64,000 nucleotides of DNA from Eledone cirrhosa. Lineage: Eukaryota. The notes below the pieces were generated by a model that saw only the letters and a list, made by a program, of their open reading frames with translations, was not told the DNA's origin and did not search any database. Made by a program: the position numbers and the translations under genes. Positions 27,053 through 39,325 of this stretch are shown here, piece after piece. The stretch lies in the NCBI GenBank assembly GCA_964016885.1, contig OZ024750.1, positions 806,001-870,000 of the forward strand, in the 5' to 3' direction. Numbering within the stretch: the first letter of the stretch is position 1; each line of letters opens with the position of its first letter.

Positions 27053-27959
27053 ATATATATAGGTGTCATGACAAAAAAAGCACCAAGCCCACACTGTAAA
27101 GTGGTCATGTTGGCGACACAGCAATAAGCACCCAGCACACACACATTGTAAATGTCCTACTCATTCTAGCGTGGAAAATGGATGTTAAATGATGATACAC
27201 ATTCACACATACAAAAGTGCCCAGTTCACCCTGTATGGTGGTTGTTTTAGTGCCACAAGAAAAAGCACCCAGTCCACACTGTAAATGTGGTTGGTGTTAG
27301 GAAGGGCATCCAACTGTAGAAACCAAACCAGAAATAGTCCTGTATGAGCAAGATGTGGTCACCTGATTAGACTTCTCTCACAACGGCACAGCTTGTCTAA
27401 CCCATACTAATGTGGAAAAATGAACGTTAAACACTGATGATGATGATGATGATATATGTACGATTTTCATAATGCTGTGCTATGAATTGCGTATGGGTTT
27501 ATCCCATTTGTTTCACCTTTTATTTTCTACTCTCTTTGTATAACTTCCCTGTGTGACGTCAAGTATTTCAATGTGTAGGTGAGGCTATGGTGTGATATAC
27601 TGACGACAACATGCACATGATTTCCAAAGAGATGGTCACATTGTTCACAGTACTTTTTTCTGTGTTTACAAAAGTATTTTTCTAGGTCAAAGTTTGCATG
27701 TCACTGAATCTAATATGCATTGTGTTTGGATGTGATTATATATCTGTGTGTTTGAAAGTATTTGAAAGTTGTTATTGTTTAACACTAGACTTGTCCTAAT
27801 TGAACAGACCCTATGATCAAACACATTCCAGTTGTGAACATCCTTTTTGAAGATGTTTTTTATGATGGTTAGACTGAAGGACTATGAAAGTAATATACCT
27901 GTCTCCTATGAATGTGGTTTTTAGTCAATATATGAAATCATTATTTGAACTGACATAGC

Positions 27960-28155
27960 AACATAGTGTCGGACATGCTTTGCGGTATATAGTTACGCCC
28001 CTTTAAGTTCTGAGTTCAAATCCTGCCGAGGTTAGTTGTGTCTTTCATCCTTATGGGATTGATGAAATAAAGTACAAGTAATGCACCAGGCTCAATTTAA
28101 ATTGACTTTTCTCCACCCCCAGATTGTTGGTCTTGTGCCTAAATCAGAAACCTTT
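27960..28155 (+). mobile_element. Family-A SINE
   Basis: atagttacgccccttt...gagttcaaatcctgccgagg...ttgtgcctaaatcagaaac. Confidence 0.75.
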
Positions 28156-29201
28156 ATTTAAACTGACAATTTACTAGGTACAGAACCATTATCTGAAATG
28201 ATGAGGTTATATTTTCTGATTTTAAAAAGTTGACATGTTAATCTATTTTCAAAGTTTACTTCCATATGCTGGAAAGTGGACATTATGATGATACTTCATC
28301 ACAGCAAATCAATTACCCAGTCAAGTAGGATTGCCATCAAGTTAGCAACAACATACATGTTAAGTCTATCATTGTAACAATTAACATCATAGAAACATCA
28401 GATGCTTTTGAATTAGAATACAGAGCTTATAGTCATACACATAAAACACATCAAACTTTCTCACTGAGTGTTATTTGAAAGAAAATATCAAATTTAAACT
28501 TTTGAGAACATTCTACAAAGATTAATCTTGTATTGCTAAAACATTGCTTCTTTAGGAGTTGTGTTTATTTGGCAAGTGATTTAATTTGAGACCATGTGTT
28601 GAGACTGAAGCAATTGTACTGTGGAAAAGTCTCTTTAGTCATAAAAAAAAAATAAACACACATAAAAAGCAGTAACTATTATATTCAGTTTTCAGTGAAT
28701 GTAATAGTTATTGCTTCGTTCTATTTTTAAATAACATTAAGAGTTTCTCACTTCTAATACAAAAACCACATTACTGCTATAAACTATGAAATAAATTTTA
28801 TACTTCAGTTAAATGTTTTCTATATTTCAGAGTTGTATATGTCTGGCAAGTGATTTGATCTGAGACTTTGTTGAAACTAAAGCAATTATTTTGTCGACCA
28901 GCTTGTAAATAGTCAAACAGAAATTTTGACACTAAGAAATAAATGAGGTAACATGAAAACATTGACCACTACTGTCCAAAACTTAGCCCATATTTCAGTT
29001 TATACCTGAAGGATTTCATTTTAGTAAAATAACTAAATTGTTTTAATGTTTCTCTTTTTTTTGGAACAGATGGAATTCTAACAGAGTAAAGCATTATTAA
29101 ATAAAAGTTAGAAGACTTTAATTTGGCAATAACTACTAAAATGTTAATACATTTTTTTTAGAAATATTTTATTATGTATAAGCTGGAATTAAAAACAATT
29201 A

Positions 29202-29397
29202 CCGTATATACTCAAATACAAGTCGATATGGATATTGTTTAACACTAGACCTGAGAAATGGGCAAAAATCCAAACTTTATATAGAATTTGAAGTTGGTGA
29301 AAATCATCAAAATATTCTCATCAAATATAAGCCAACCCCATTTTACCATTGATTTTTTGGGTCACAAATTCCTCGACTTATATTCAAGTATATACGG
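29202..29397. mobile_element. Tc1/mariner (Tc2/pogo-like) MITE
   Basis: TA flanks and 25-bp TIRs starting CCGTATATACT (3 mismatches). Confidence 0.8.
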
Positions 29398-30019
29398 TAA
29401 TCAACATAATATTTCTTTTCTAAGCCATAAATATTTTATTTTAAATCACAAATTCGTTATATCAATAAACCTGCAGTTAGAATAGAACAGGATTTATAAA
29501 ATGAAATTACAGAGTAGAAAATATAATGAAGAGATTTAGTAAGACTGACAACTTTTCAGGGATTACTATTGTATGAAGAACATTAAAAGTACACGTAGTT
29601 ACAAATATATATACGCGACAATGAAATATGTAATATATCGGTAGCTAGCTATTAGCAGGAAAATATAACAAAAACATTAGAATTACAGAGAAGATAAGTC
29701 TTACGTGAAAGCTTGAAATGCCATCAGAACAAAAAGGTAAAACAATTCCAACTCATTTCTAGGAGATAATAGGTAAAATCCCAACTAATGACTTGATTAT
29801 TGTTACTATTCAGTTCCATTTAAAATATGAAATATTTCAAACTTTGGTAGAGCTGAGATTTATCATTACAAATGACAACCTTTGCTTTATGGTCACTCTT
29901 ATCATAGATAAAGATGAGCAGAGAGTTTCTACAACAATAACCTGCACTAATGAATACAATAAAACATATCATTATGACATTGTTGTGTAAAACGAAGCAA
30001 ATCCCCAAATAATTCATAC

Positions 30020-30163
30020 TTCTGGATAATCTTTGGCATTGTTACAGGCTGGATAAGTTTCCAAAATTCCTTGTCAATAGCTTTTCTTATTTCTGGTTGA
30101 CACATACTAAATCCTGGTAATCTTGATCCCCCTTTAACCCATATCCCTTTGTACATGTCTGCT
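30020..30163 (-). CDS. Candidate alternative (cassette or alternative N-terminal) exon of the TBC1D12/14 gene, 144 nt, phase 2-2
   Basis: ttgtctacag|A GCA GAC ATG TAC...ATC CAG AA|gtatga. Open and in frame with both flanking exons: ADMYKGIWVKGGSRLPGFSMCQPEIRKAIDKEFWKLIQPVTMPKIIQK. Confidence 0.55.
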
Positions 30164-30734
30164 CTGTAGACAATACAATTAATATAGATTAAATCCTTAC
30201 CTCAATTACTGACAAATTAAAAACAATAAAACATTTCATTTTTTTAATACTTTACCTTAATAAATAAATAAAATGCAGTAACTCACTCCATATTAGTAAG
30301 GGTGGAAAGGGATTTTTACGTGGGGAGGCTCCAAGACTAGCAAGAAAGAAGGAGCAAGGTAATCTCAATCACGAAAATGGGTCCATTTGCCTGCATCAAA
30401 GTGAACTCAAAGGTACCCAAGGCGAGATGGTGGGGTGTTAAACTGGGCGACAGATTAAGTCTACTACCTAAGTAAACCACAGCATGATTTGATCATAGAA
30501 TGTAAAGAGCCAAGACAAATACCACAAAACATCTTATCTGACATTGGACACTAACAATTCTGCCAATCTGACACCCACGACTGGTGCAGTATTTTATCAA
30601 CACAGAAAGGACGAAAGGCAAAGCTGACTCCAGCAAGAATATGGTTCAGAACAAATACAGCAAAATATTCTATGCTCTAATGACAGTCAATTTGTTTAGG
30701 GAGCTACTACTAATATTGACAAGAAAGGGAATTT

Positions 30735-31175
30735 ATAAGTGAAGGGTAGATTGTAAGATGCTTGCATGAGAAGTGTGATGTTGTATGGCAGTTAGACATG
30801 GATAGTAAATTTAGGGAATATATGAAGATTGGAGAGAAATGAAGTGAGCATGATCAGTTGGATGTGTAATGACAGTGTACATGAATGTGGTACGGATGAA
30901 CTGAGAGAAAAGCTGGATACAACAGGAATCAGATGTGATGTGCAAGAGAAAAGACTGCGTTGGTTTGGACATGTGATGAGCATGGATGAGAACGCTGGGT
31001 CATGCGAGTGGAAGGAAGCTAAGGTACAGGAAGACCAAGATAAACTTGGGCAGAAGTGGATAGAGCTGATCTCAAAATGATGAAGGAACTGTGTGAATGG
31101 AGGAAGCTTGTGCTGGAAAGAACTCGTCTAACCCATGCAAGGAAGTATGGAAGTAAAATGATAATGACGATGATT
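30735..31175 (+). mobile_element. 5'-truncated RTE LINE 3' fragment
   Basis: Degenerate V.GRL..ACMRSVMLYG...RLERNEVSMISWMC...RLRWFGHVMSMDE, ending in a gtctaacccatgc...(GAT)n tail. Confidence 0.8.
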
Positions 31176-31339
31176 GGTAATGGTTGAAGGAGGAAACATG
31201 GATAAGAAACCTTACATAAAATATAAAAAAAAAGAAAAGTCAAATTATCCAGCTTTAAATACTGAATTCTAGGAGGTTAAATTTGACTTCCTGGGAAATT
31301 TTCAAAACTGCTGGAAAATTCTTTATTTATACATTAATT

Positions 31340-31375
<36 letters not shown>

Positions 31376-32382
31376 GTAAATAAAATATTTGAAACTGTGT
31401 TTGGAAACCGACTGCTGGATTTGCAGAATAGAAAAAAATCTGGGAAACCAGATATACCTTCCATATTCTCACCCTCTCCTCCCCCGACTAGTTTAAATTG
31501 CTATTTTCGTGACATGGAATGTAGAAAAGTCAGCAATTTAAAAAAAATTCTGTGAAAGAGTGAAGTGGTATTATTTACTAACGTAGTAAATAGTGTTGGC
31601 TGTTTCAATTTTGTTGAAGAAGCAAAAAGAAAACACACACATACAAAGCATCCAGAGGAAAAATTCTTCCATTGAGGACTACTAAAGAACTTACAAGACG
31701 AGGGAGTCAGTACATGGTCGTTTTACCCGATAGAAATACCAGTCAAATTTCCATCAAATCACACTTTACAGTCTTAAAAAAAGAGAGGTCACAATGAATA
31801 ATACTGTAATATGGCTGGAAAAAAAACAGGATGGTCATTACTGGAATGGTTTTAGGGCTGACTCTACCTGAAGCTCAACAATAACAGAATTGTGGCCCTT
31901 CTTGGAAATGGGAAACACTGTAGACCATTTCTAAAGATTGGGATATATCCTTATAGAGAAATGTGTTTGGTGAGGGTAGGAGCTAAACATTGTTAGGATC
32001 AGTTGCCCTGTAGGTTTGAATTAACCAGAGGTACTGCCACACTTGACATATGTGTCTGTAATGTGTTGAGTCTTACAGAGAGGAAAAAGACAGCTTTGGG
32101 GGAGATTTACTCAGTGTGCGCGGTGGGGAGATTTACTCAGTGTGCGCGGTGTGGAGTTAGGGAGAAAATGTGGACATTTTTCCCATGGGAATACTCCTTG
32201 TAGAACCATTATGATTAAGAAGTGGAGGAAACAAGGATTTTGTGAAGTTGGTAGAGAGCTTTTTGGCATGAAACCAAAAGAATTGGTAACAGTTTATTAG
32301 TCGAAGGAGTTTTGCAATGTAGAAATAAAATTTGTGCAAAGTTGAAAAGCTTCTTGGCCTTGAAAAAGAAGCCAAATCTTTA

Positions 32383-32582
32383 CGATTTACATTACTCTCT
32401 ATTTACTATTGTATTTTCACATAATTATCTCTCATAATATCGAATCTATGAAATTTTGATATTATTTATTCTGAGAACAATACCTTAACATAAGTACAAG
32501 CAGCCGGTTACAGACAATTTGAACTGAAAGAGGTGAGAGAATTCTGGCCAGATACAGCCGGTTTAAATGCTAAAGGATTTAA
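32383..32582. mobile_element. piggyBac-type MITE, same family
   Basis: atttacattactctc...gaattctggccagatacagccggtttaaatgctaaagg. Confidence 0.7.
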
Positions 32583-32847
32583 TTTGGACAAAACTCCACA
32601 TATGAAGCCTGCTTAGAAACTGGAAACTGTCATGTCAAAATTATCCTAATTCTGGCAATCTTTGTTATATATACAAAAACATGTAAATCAATGCATATGA
32701 CTAGTTGATGACACAGGAACATGTAAATTTGAAAATGTAAATGTATTTTTAGATATTGATTAGGATTAATAGGAAATGATCCACAACAGAATATAACATT
32801 AAAGACATTAATTATAATTTCCTATTTCAGGCAAATGTATGTTTTTG

Positions 32848-32889
<42 letters not shown>

Positions 32890-33244
32890 AGAGAGAGAGA
32901 GAGAGAACAGCAAAAGAGACAGAAACAAGTTAGAGAGAGAGAGAGGCTTTTCTTTTAAAATAACACACTAAGAGGAAACAAAACAGCCATTAGAAATGAA
33001 AATATCTAGAAACTGCTGATTAATTAATAAATATATTGAAAGCAAAATCTATAGCTTCCTTAACCAGTTTGAAAATGGTATTAACCTGTTAATCTCATTA
33101 GAAAAAAATGGTGAATCAGATCATAATATTGTGGATAACTTGAGATATATTTTTTCCAAGAATGTGTTTATGTCAATAGAGTCTATATATTGAGTGAATT
33201 AGCCACAGAGAAATATATTATTTACCCCCACCTTCATTTTATTT

Positions 33245-33560
33245 GTTAGGTCTGGAGGATAAGGCAGAGTGCTCCTGCAGGCCTTCTGTGAAATTAATGT
33301 AGTTGATGTTCAACACCGACAGGAAAGATATGAGCAAGGAGCGGAGTTCCACAGTGTCAGCATCCTGGGAAACAAAGCCTGGATATAGTGGTTAGTGAGG
33401 GTCTTGGGAGTTGACACGAAAACAAGATACAAGGAGCTGAGGTCATTCTAGTAGCTGCTAAAAAGGCAGAGAGAGGGGGGGGGGGCAGCCTATCCATAGG
33501 CCAGAGGCTAGGATGTTTCTGTGGAATCAGTTGAATAAGTCAAGTAGGTTTATGAACTCA
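33245..33560 (-). mobile_element. CR1/L2/Jockey-type LINE 3' fragment
   Basis: Minus strand TNHYIQALFPRMLTLWNS resembles the conserved 'Y..SFFPR...LWN.L' C-terminal motif. Confidence 0.5.
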
Positions 33561-33589
33561 CCAAAATACAATAGATATTTAATAGACCT

Positions 33590-33720
33590 AGGCATGGCTG
33601 TGTGGTTAACAATTTCACTTTTCAACCACATAATACTGTGTTTGTCACAGTGTGGCACCTTGGGCAAGTATCTTCTACTATAACCTTGGGCTGACCAATG
33701 CCTTGTGATGGAAACTGTAT
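33590..33720 (+). mobile_element. Family-B tRNA/CORE-like SINE
   Basis: ggcatggctgtgtggttaa...ggcaccttgggcaagt. Related copies at ~41290-41440 (plus) and ~12960-13118 (minus). Confidence 0.6.
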
Positions 33721-35698
33721 GCTATTTGTAGATATGTCTCTATACACATAAAACCAACAGTAATAAAGATGCTGATACAATATTTGAAAACAACAACCAT
33801 AAAATATTTTATGTATTACTAAAAATAGTGAAATGCAATGATTTTGTGAAAATTGGCCAAGTCATGGAATAAAATTCCAAATAACATTTTCTGTGGTCTA
33901 TAAAAAGTTATATTTAGGATATCTATAACAAGTAGTTACTGAGATTGTAGCATACGTTGCACAAATTTAAATACTTCAAGCTTCTATGAATAAAAATTGA
34001 AAATAAAAAAAAGACCCCCCCCCCCCCCCATTAAAATTATATAATATCCATTTATGTGTATTTGTGTTCACGTACACACAAACAGATTTTGTGTTCCTTT
34101 CTTGTTAGTGGAAAAACCAAATATTATTCTTTTTCTCACTAAATACATGTTATATAAACAGATTTATGAATTTCATTACAAACAATAACAAATTCTTAAA
34201 ATTACTTTCCGAAAAGAGATATCTTACAATGTTCTATTTAAGTTATCAAATATTAATAAATTTAAGTTATTTCATAAAACCATAAGACAAGAAGAAGAAT
34301 ATCTTAACAAGATGAAATAAAAATAAGACTGTATAAAAAATACATATAAAAGAGTGATTACTGTTTCTTTTAGTAACTTACCCTTGTTCCAGGACTTAAT
34401 TTGAAGTTGATTTCACCTCAAATGATGAAAATATATTTGATAGAACTTGAACAAAGTAAAACAAAAGCTTTGGTGTAATATAAAAAGCTTAATTTAAACC
34501 AACAAGCTACTGTAACATCCAGAGTGTACTGAGACAGTTTCTAGTTAGTCAAAAAGATGAGACAATAGTTATTTTTAACATCACTTTTTTTTTTCAATAT
34601 AAGCCAAATAAACTATGGATTATCGCATCAACGTCAATCTGGGTATAATCTTCTTGTTATTTAATAAATATTTTTGGGGGATTACTTGACAAATTCATAA
34701 TATTTTTTATATATTTGCAAGTAGCATAATATAAAGAGAGAAGCTATAATAAAGCTGAGCACGTGACCTAATTTTACTTTTGTCAGTGAAAAAGGCATGA
34801 ACATCATTCAGTCTTGTTTTTTTCTTCCATATAAATAAATACAATGTTGTGCTTATATGTAGAATATCAATTTGTTTGGAAGACTTCAGTGATAAAACAA
34901 CAGAATTAATTTAGCATTGTGGAATATATTTTGATGACTATCAAAACAAATAGATTGGTAGAGTTAAGAGTTAAAAAGCATTCTCAATGGATGTGAATAC
35001 AAACTAATCTCATTCACGAATGAAATAAATGTATTCAACTCATTTACTAATTAACTTTTATTAGAATAATAATTATAAATTAGTATAAATAAATTTCATG
35101 TTGACTAATACAAGCAGAATTGCTTATATTAGTCAATGTTTTTCTCTTTTTACTGTTTAGTCAAGGAAGGAGAGTGGAAAGTATCTTTGAACTAGAGACT
35201 TAGCCTATTGTGGATGCTTACAACTGTATGGACTGCACAAAAGGGACCCAGGCAACAGATTTAGTTTACCCCACTTCCAAGAAGGCCACAGCAGGATTGG
35301 AACTTAGGAAACAAAGTGTCAAAGTAAATACCACAAGGCATCTCATCTGATGCTCTAATAATTTTACCAATCCATCACCCTGAACTGGTACTTATTGACT
35401 CAGAAAAGTTCAGCAGGAAACTGAATGGAGAGAACCAAAACAAATATTTCAAAGCATTTTGTTCTATGCTCTAATGACTGCCAATTTACCACCCATGATT
35501 GACTAAGAAATAAGATACAATATTACTATTGAACCCCTATTGAACCCCATTATTTAGCAATACCCACTTAACAACTGCTCAGAACCAAATTAATGTTTTG
35601 CAACAGAAGGTTAAATGTCACCAAGTTTAGTATATATTAGCTCTTTTGATATCAAAACACCGAGCTTATAGTACAAAACTGTCTTTAACTATTATCTA

Positions 35699-35887
35699 CC
35701 GTATATATGCGAATATAAGCCGACCCCGCTATTTTATGACTGAGAAATGGGCAAAAATCCAAACATTATTTACGTAGAATTTGAAGTTGGTGAAAATTGT
35801 CAAAATATTGACCCCGAATATAAGATGACCCCTTCTACCATCGATGTTTTGGTCACATATTCCTCGGCTTATATTTGAGAATATAGG
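35699..35887. mobile_element. Tc2/pogo-like MITE, second copy
   Basis: TA-CCGTATATA...ATATAGG-TA. Shares ctgagaaatgggcaaaaatccaaac with the 29202 copy. Confidence 0.75.
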
Positions 35888-36214
35888 TAAGTTAAAACTA
35901 TATAGTGTGAGCTACTGATATTAATAGTAGTAGATGGAAATTGGAATTTAAAAAAGTGGCACAATATATGTTTGTATAAATAACAACAAAAATCATTCAT
36001 ACTATTTTGTCAGCTTTGTCGATACCAGCTCTTCTCATATGGTATTTGGCTATTTTAATTCTCCACTTTTACGGCTTCTGATCTGGATTTAGATTTAAAT
36101 CAGAACAGCAAAATCCTGAATATTCTTTTGTGAGGTTTTGCAAGTTCTGTATTGGAACTATATTAACCTGTCAGACATTATAATTATGTTAATATTATAC
36201 ATAGCATGCTCATG

Positions 36215-36390
36215 TATCCTGTCACAACTCCCTGTCTAAAACCATCCTTCAGGACAGATCGAAGGAGGACGAAGAGGAAGAAAATCCTGGTCTGTCAACA
36301 TCAAAGACTGGACTGGTTACAACACCGACACCCTTCTACACATGGACAATAGAGACCTGTGGTAACAACTGACTGCAAATATGTCTAGAG
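36215..36390 (+). mobile_element. RTE LINE 3' fragment (second family) leading into a minisatellite
   Basis: Translates LSKTILQGQIEGGRRGRKSWSVNIKDWTG, a typical RTE C-terminal segment. Confidence 0.65.
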
Positions 36391-36786
36391 TGCCACCCCA
36401 ATGACTGGCTGTACCAGTGTCACTAGAGTGGCACCCCAATGACTGGCTGTACCAGTGTCACATCTAGAGTGGCACCCCAATGACTGGCTGTACTAATGTC
36501 ATAGAGTGGCACCCCAATGACTGGCTGTACTAATGTCATAGAGTGGCACCCCAATGACTGGCTGTACCAGTGTCACATCTAGAGTGGCACCCCAATGACT
36601 GGCTGTACCAGTGTCACTAGAGTGGCACCCCAATGACTGGCTGTACCAGTGTCACATCTAGAGTGGCACCCCAATGACTGGCTGTACTAATGTCATTAGA
36701 GTGGCACCCCAATGACTGGCTGTACCAGTGTCACCCCAATGACTGGCTGTACCAGTGTCACCCCAATGACTGGCTGTACCAGTGGC
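36385..36786. repeat. 37-41-bp minisatellite (reverse-complement homologue of the 4780 array)
   Basis: Unit tagagtggcaccccaatgactggctgtaccagtgtcacatc. Confidence 0.95.
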
Positions 36787-37774
36787 AGGAACAAGACATG
36801 ACATTATACATAACATGGTTCTCTTTAGAGAAAATAAAATGTATTGAATGTGAACAGAATAACTCTAACGTACAATAATTCTGTCCAAGAAATAAAGAAG
36901 CTGAAAAACCCCCCCAAAAAAACAAATAAAAGATAAAAAAAAAAGTAACCTACCACCTAAGTGTGACTTTAAAGTACAGCAGAAGATACTGAAGTATCAT
37001 CTGCTAAGAATTCTACTCAACTTCCTTCCTCGCCATTCACTATTGGTGCACTCATTACTCTCTAATTAGTCTTCTACCAACATCCTGAACAAAGGTAGCT
37101 TCCAATAAAGTTGCTCTCAGAAGGTCAAGCCTAAATAGCTCAGGTTGTTGTTGTTCTCATCTAGAGCTAGATTCAAAACAACTTTTTGATACACCACCTG
37201 AAACTGATATTGGTTCTACGATACAAATCTGTTTATTTTCAAGTGTTTAAAACCTTCTCTCATAATTTCATTTAAGAACCTTCGTTAAATTAAACTTTAG
37301 ACAGACACCAACTTAATAAAGAGAACATTAGTTATATTGCTAAATCACTTCAAATTCTTGATTATTTTCAAAATCATAGAAAGTGTTTTTCTTTAGAAAC
37401 ATAGTAACAAAATGGTTAATTCTACAATGAAAGCCAGATAGTCTACACGATTTTCACTTCCAGATTGAATATTAGTATTTTACATAGCTAAACCTCATAA
37501 GAAGGACATGAATGTCACAATTTATAAAGTAAGCCTATGTAAAAACAAAAAAAGATCCTTGTTACAATAAAAAATAATTATTTTACCAGATGTGATCAGC
37601 AGTGGCAAAAGTCCAAAATTACCCGTCATATGGTGGGTAACATTCTAGTTTCCTAGAACTGATATTGTCCATAGTTCGTGAATTACCAATCAGATTGAAA
37701 ATGTAGCAAGAGAGATTGTACGATTAATATGGAATTTGAAAAACTGTGTGGCCGTGTAGGTAACACGGTAAAAA

Positions 37775-37945
37775 CCTCCCAGTCCACACTGTAAACGTGG
37801 TTGGTGTTAGGAAGGGCATCCAGGTGTAGAAAACCCGTCAGACAGTCCTATACGAGCAGGACAACAAATCTTGCCTCAAGTGGGAAACCTCCCGTCCAAA
37901 CCCATGCAAGCGTGGAAGATGGACGTTAAACGATGATGATGATGA
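37775..37945 (+). mobile_element. Family-D short retroposon with RTE-like (GAT)n tail
   Basis: ccagtccacactgtaaa.gtggttggtgttaggaagggcatcca...ggacgttaaacgatgatgat. Copies also at ~19925-20107, ~27245-27452, ~40622-40820 (minus) and ~61685-61773. Confidence 0.75.
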
Positions 37946-38611
37946 TAGCCAATATACAAAAGTAAAGCGAGTTCCAGAGTGAAATAATTCTCACAAAGTA
38001 CTGACTGTAATGTCTGCTAAGATATACTAAAAATAGTACAAAGTAGAAAGAAAAGTATTAAAAATAGTTAGGAGAAGGATATAGTTAACAAGTTTGAGAT
38101 ATAAGTCTTTTAGTAGCAACATTGACACTTTTGTGTCTAGCTTTCTAACAAAAATATAGTGTTTTAATTAATTTTCAAATAATCAAGAAATTCAATGTTT
38201 ATTAAAATAGCTATCAGTTTTAGTTATTGGTATATTAAGATGGTGTTCGGAGTAACTTAACAAAAAGGTTCTTAGATAAAAATATACTGGCACGTTATCT
38301 ACAGAAATCTGGCATTATCATTCATGTAATAAGATATTGATAAATATTTCAAAACAAATAGTTTAATATATTTCAGTTGGGTTGGTTTCAGACAGATTGG
38401 TATTGACAAATTTAAAAGAGACAAAGTATAAGACACTGAAAGTGAGATCAAACTCTTAACCATGCAATTGTGAAGTTAACTTCTTTACCACACAGGCATA
38501 CAAACAGTTTTATATATATATAAATAAAAGTAATAACAAAAATAACAAAACAAATGGCACAGTACATGGAAGACATATATTAGTTTAACGCTTGAAATAG
38601 CAGGAAGAGAG

Positions 38612-38647
38612 TCCTAAAGTTTCGGACAGTAGTCCTTCATCAGAAGA
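38612..38647 (-). ncRNA. Degenerate minimal hammerhead-like core (Penelope-type)
   Basis: tctt-CTGATGA-A-GGAC-tact-GTCC-GAAAC-ttt-agga. A sister copy lies at 11136-11162. Confidence 0.4.
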
Positions 38648-39004
38648 TAGAGTTAGAAATAGAAGAGAAATAGAAAGTAAAGAGTGATAAGAGAAATAAA
38701 TGGGGAAAAATGAGAAAAAAAAACAAACGTGTATTCAGTCAACCATCTTGTGTGTGTGTGTAAGGAAGAAAATCCCTTTAGGGTTTAAATATGAAGTAAA
38801 ATGAAGCTTTATAAAGGTTTGATGGTTGTGATAATTAGTATTTAAATATTTAACAAGGAGAGGGGTGGGGTGGCATTATTTTTCATTCCTGTTAAATTGT
38901 ATTTAAGTCTACTGAACACTCCTAAATTATGCATCCGTTCTATATTATTTCTGAATTTCTGAATATATGGCTTTAGGTTCTTTAGTGACTATTAAAGAGA
39001 AACA

Positions 39005-39275
39005 AACACACATCCTTGAAAACTGAATATTATATATAAATAAATACATATATATCTATCTATATATACATATATGTATCCATGAAAACCAAACATTATA
39101 TGTATATGAGTGTGTGTGTGTGTATATATATATCCTTGAAAACCAAACATTATATGTATGTATGTGAGTGTGTGTATATACATATATATCCTTGAAAAAC
39201 AAACATTATATGTATGTATGTGAGTGTGTGTATATACATATATATCCTTGAAAAACAAACATTATATGTATGTGA

Positions 39276-39307
<32 letters not shown>

Positions 39308-39325
39308 CCTTGAAAAACAAACATG
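39005..39325. repeat. ~55-60-bp composite tandem repeat containing (TA)/(TG) runs
   Basis: Recurring atccttgaaaa(a/c)caaacattatatgtatg. Confidence 0.9.
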
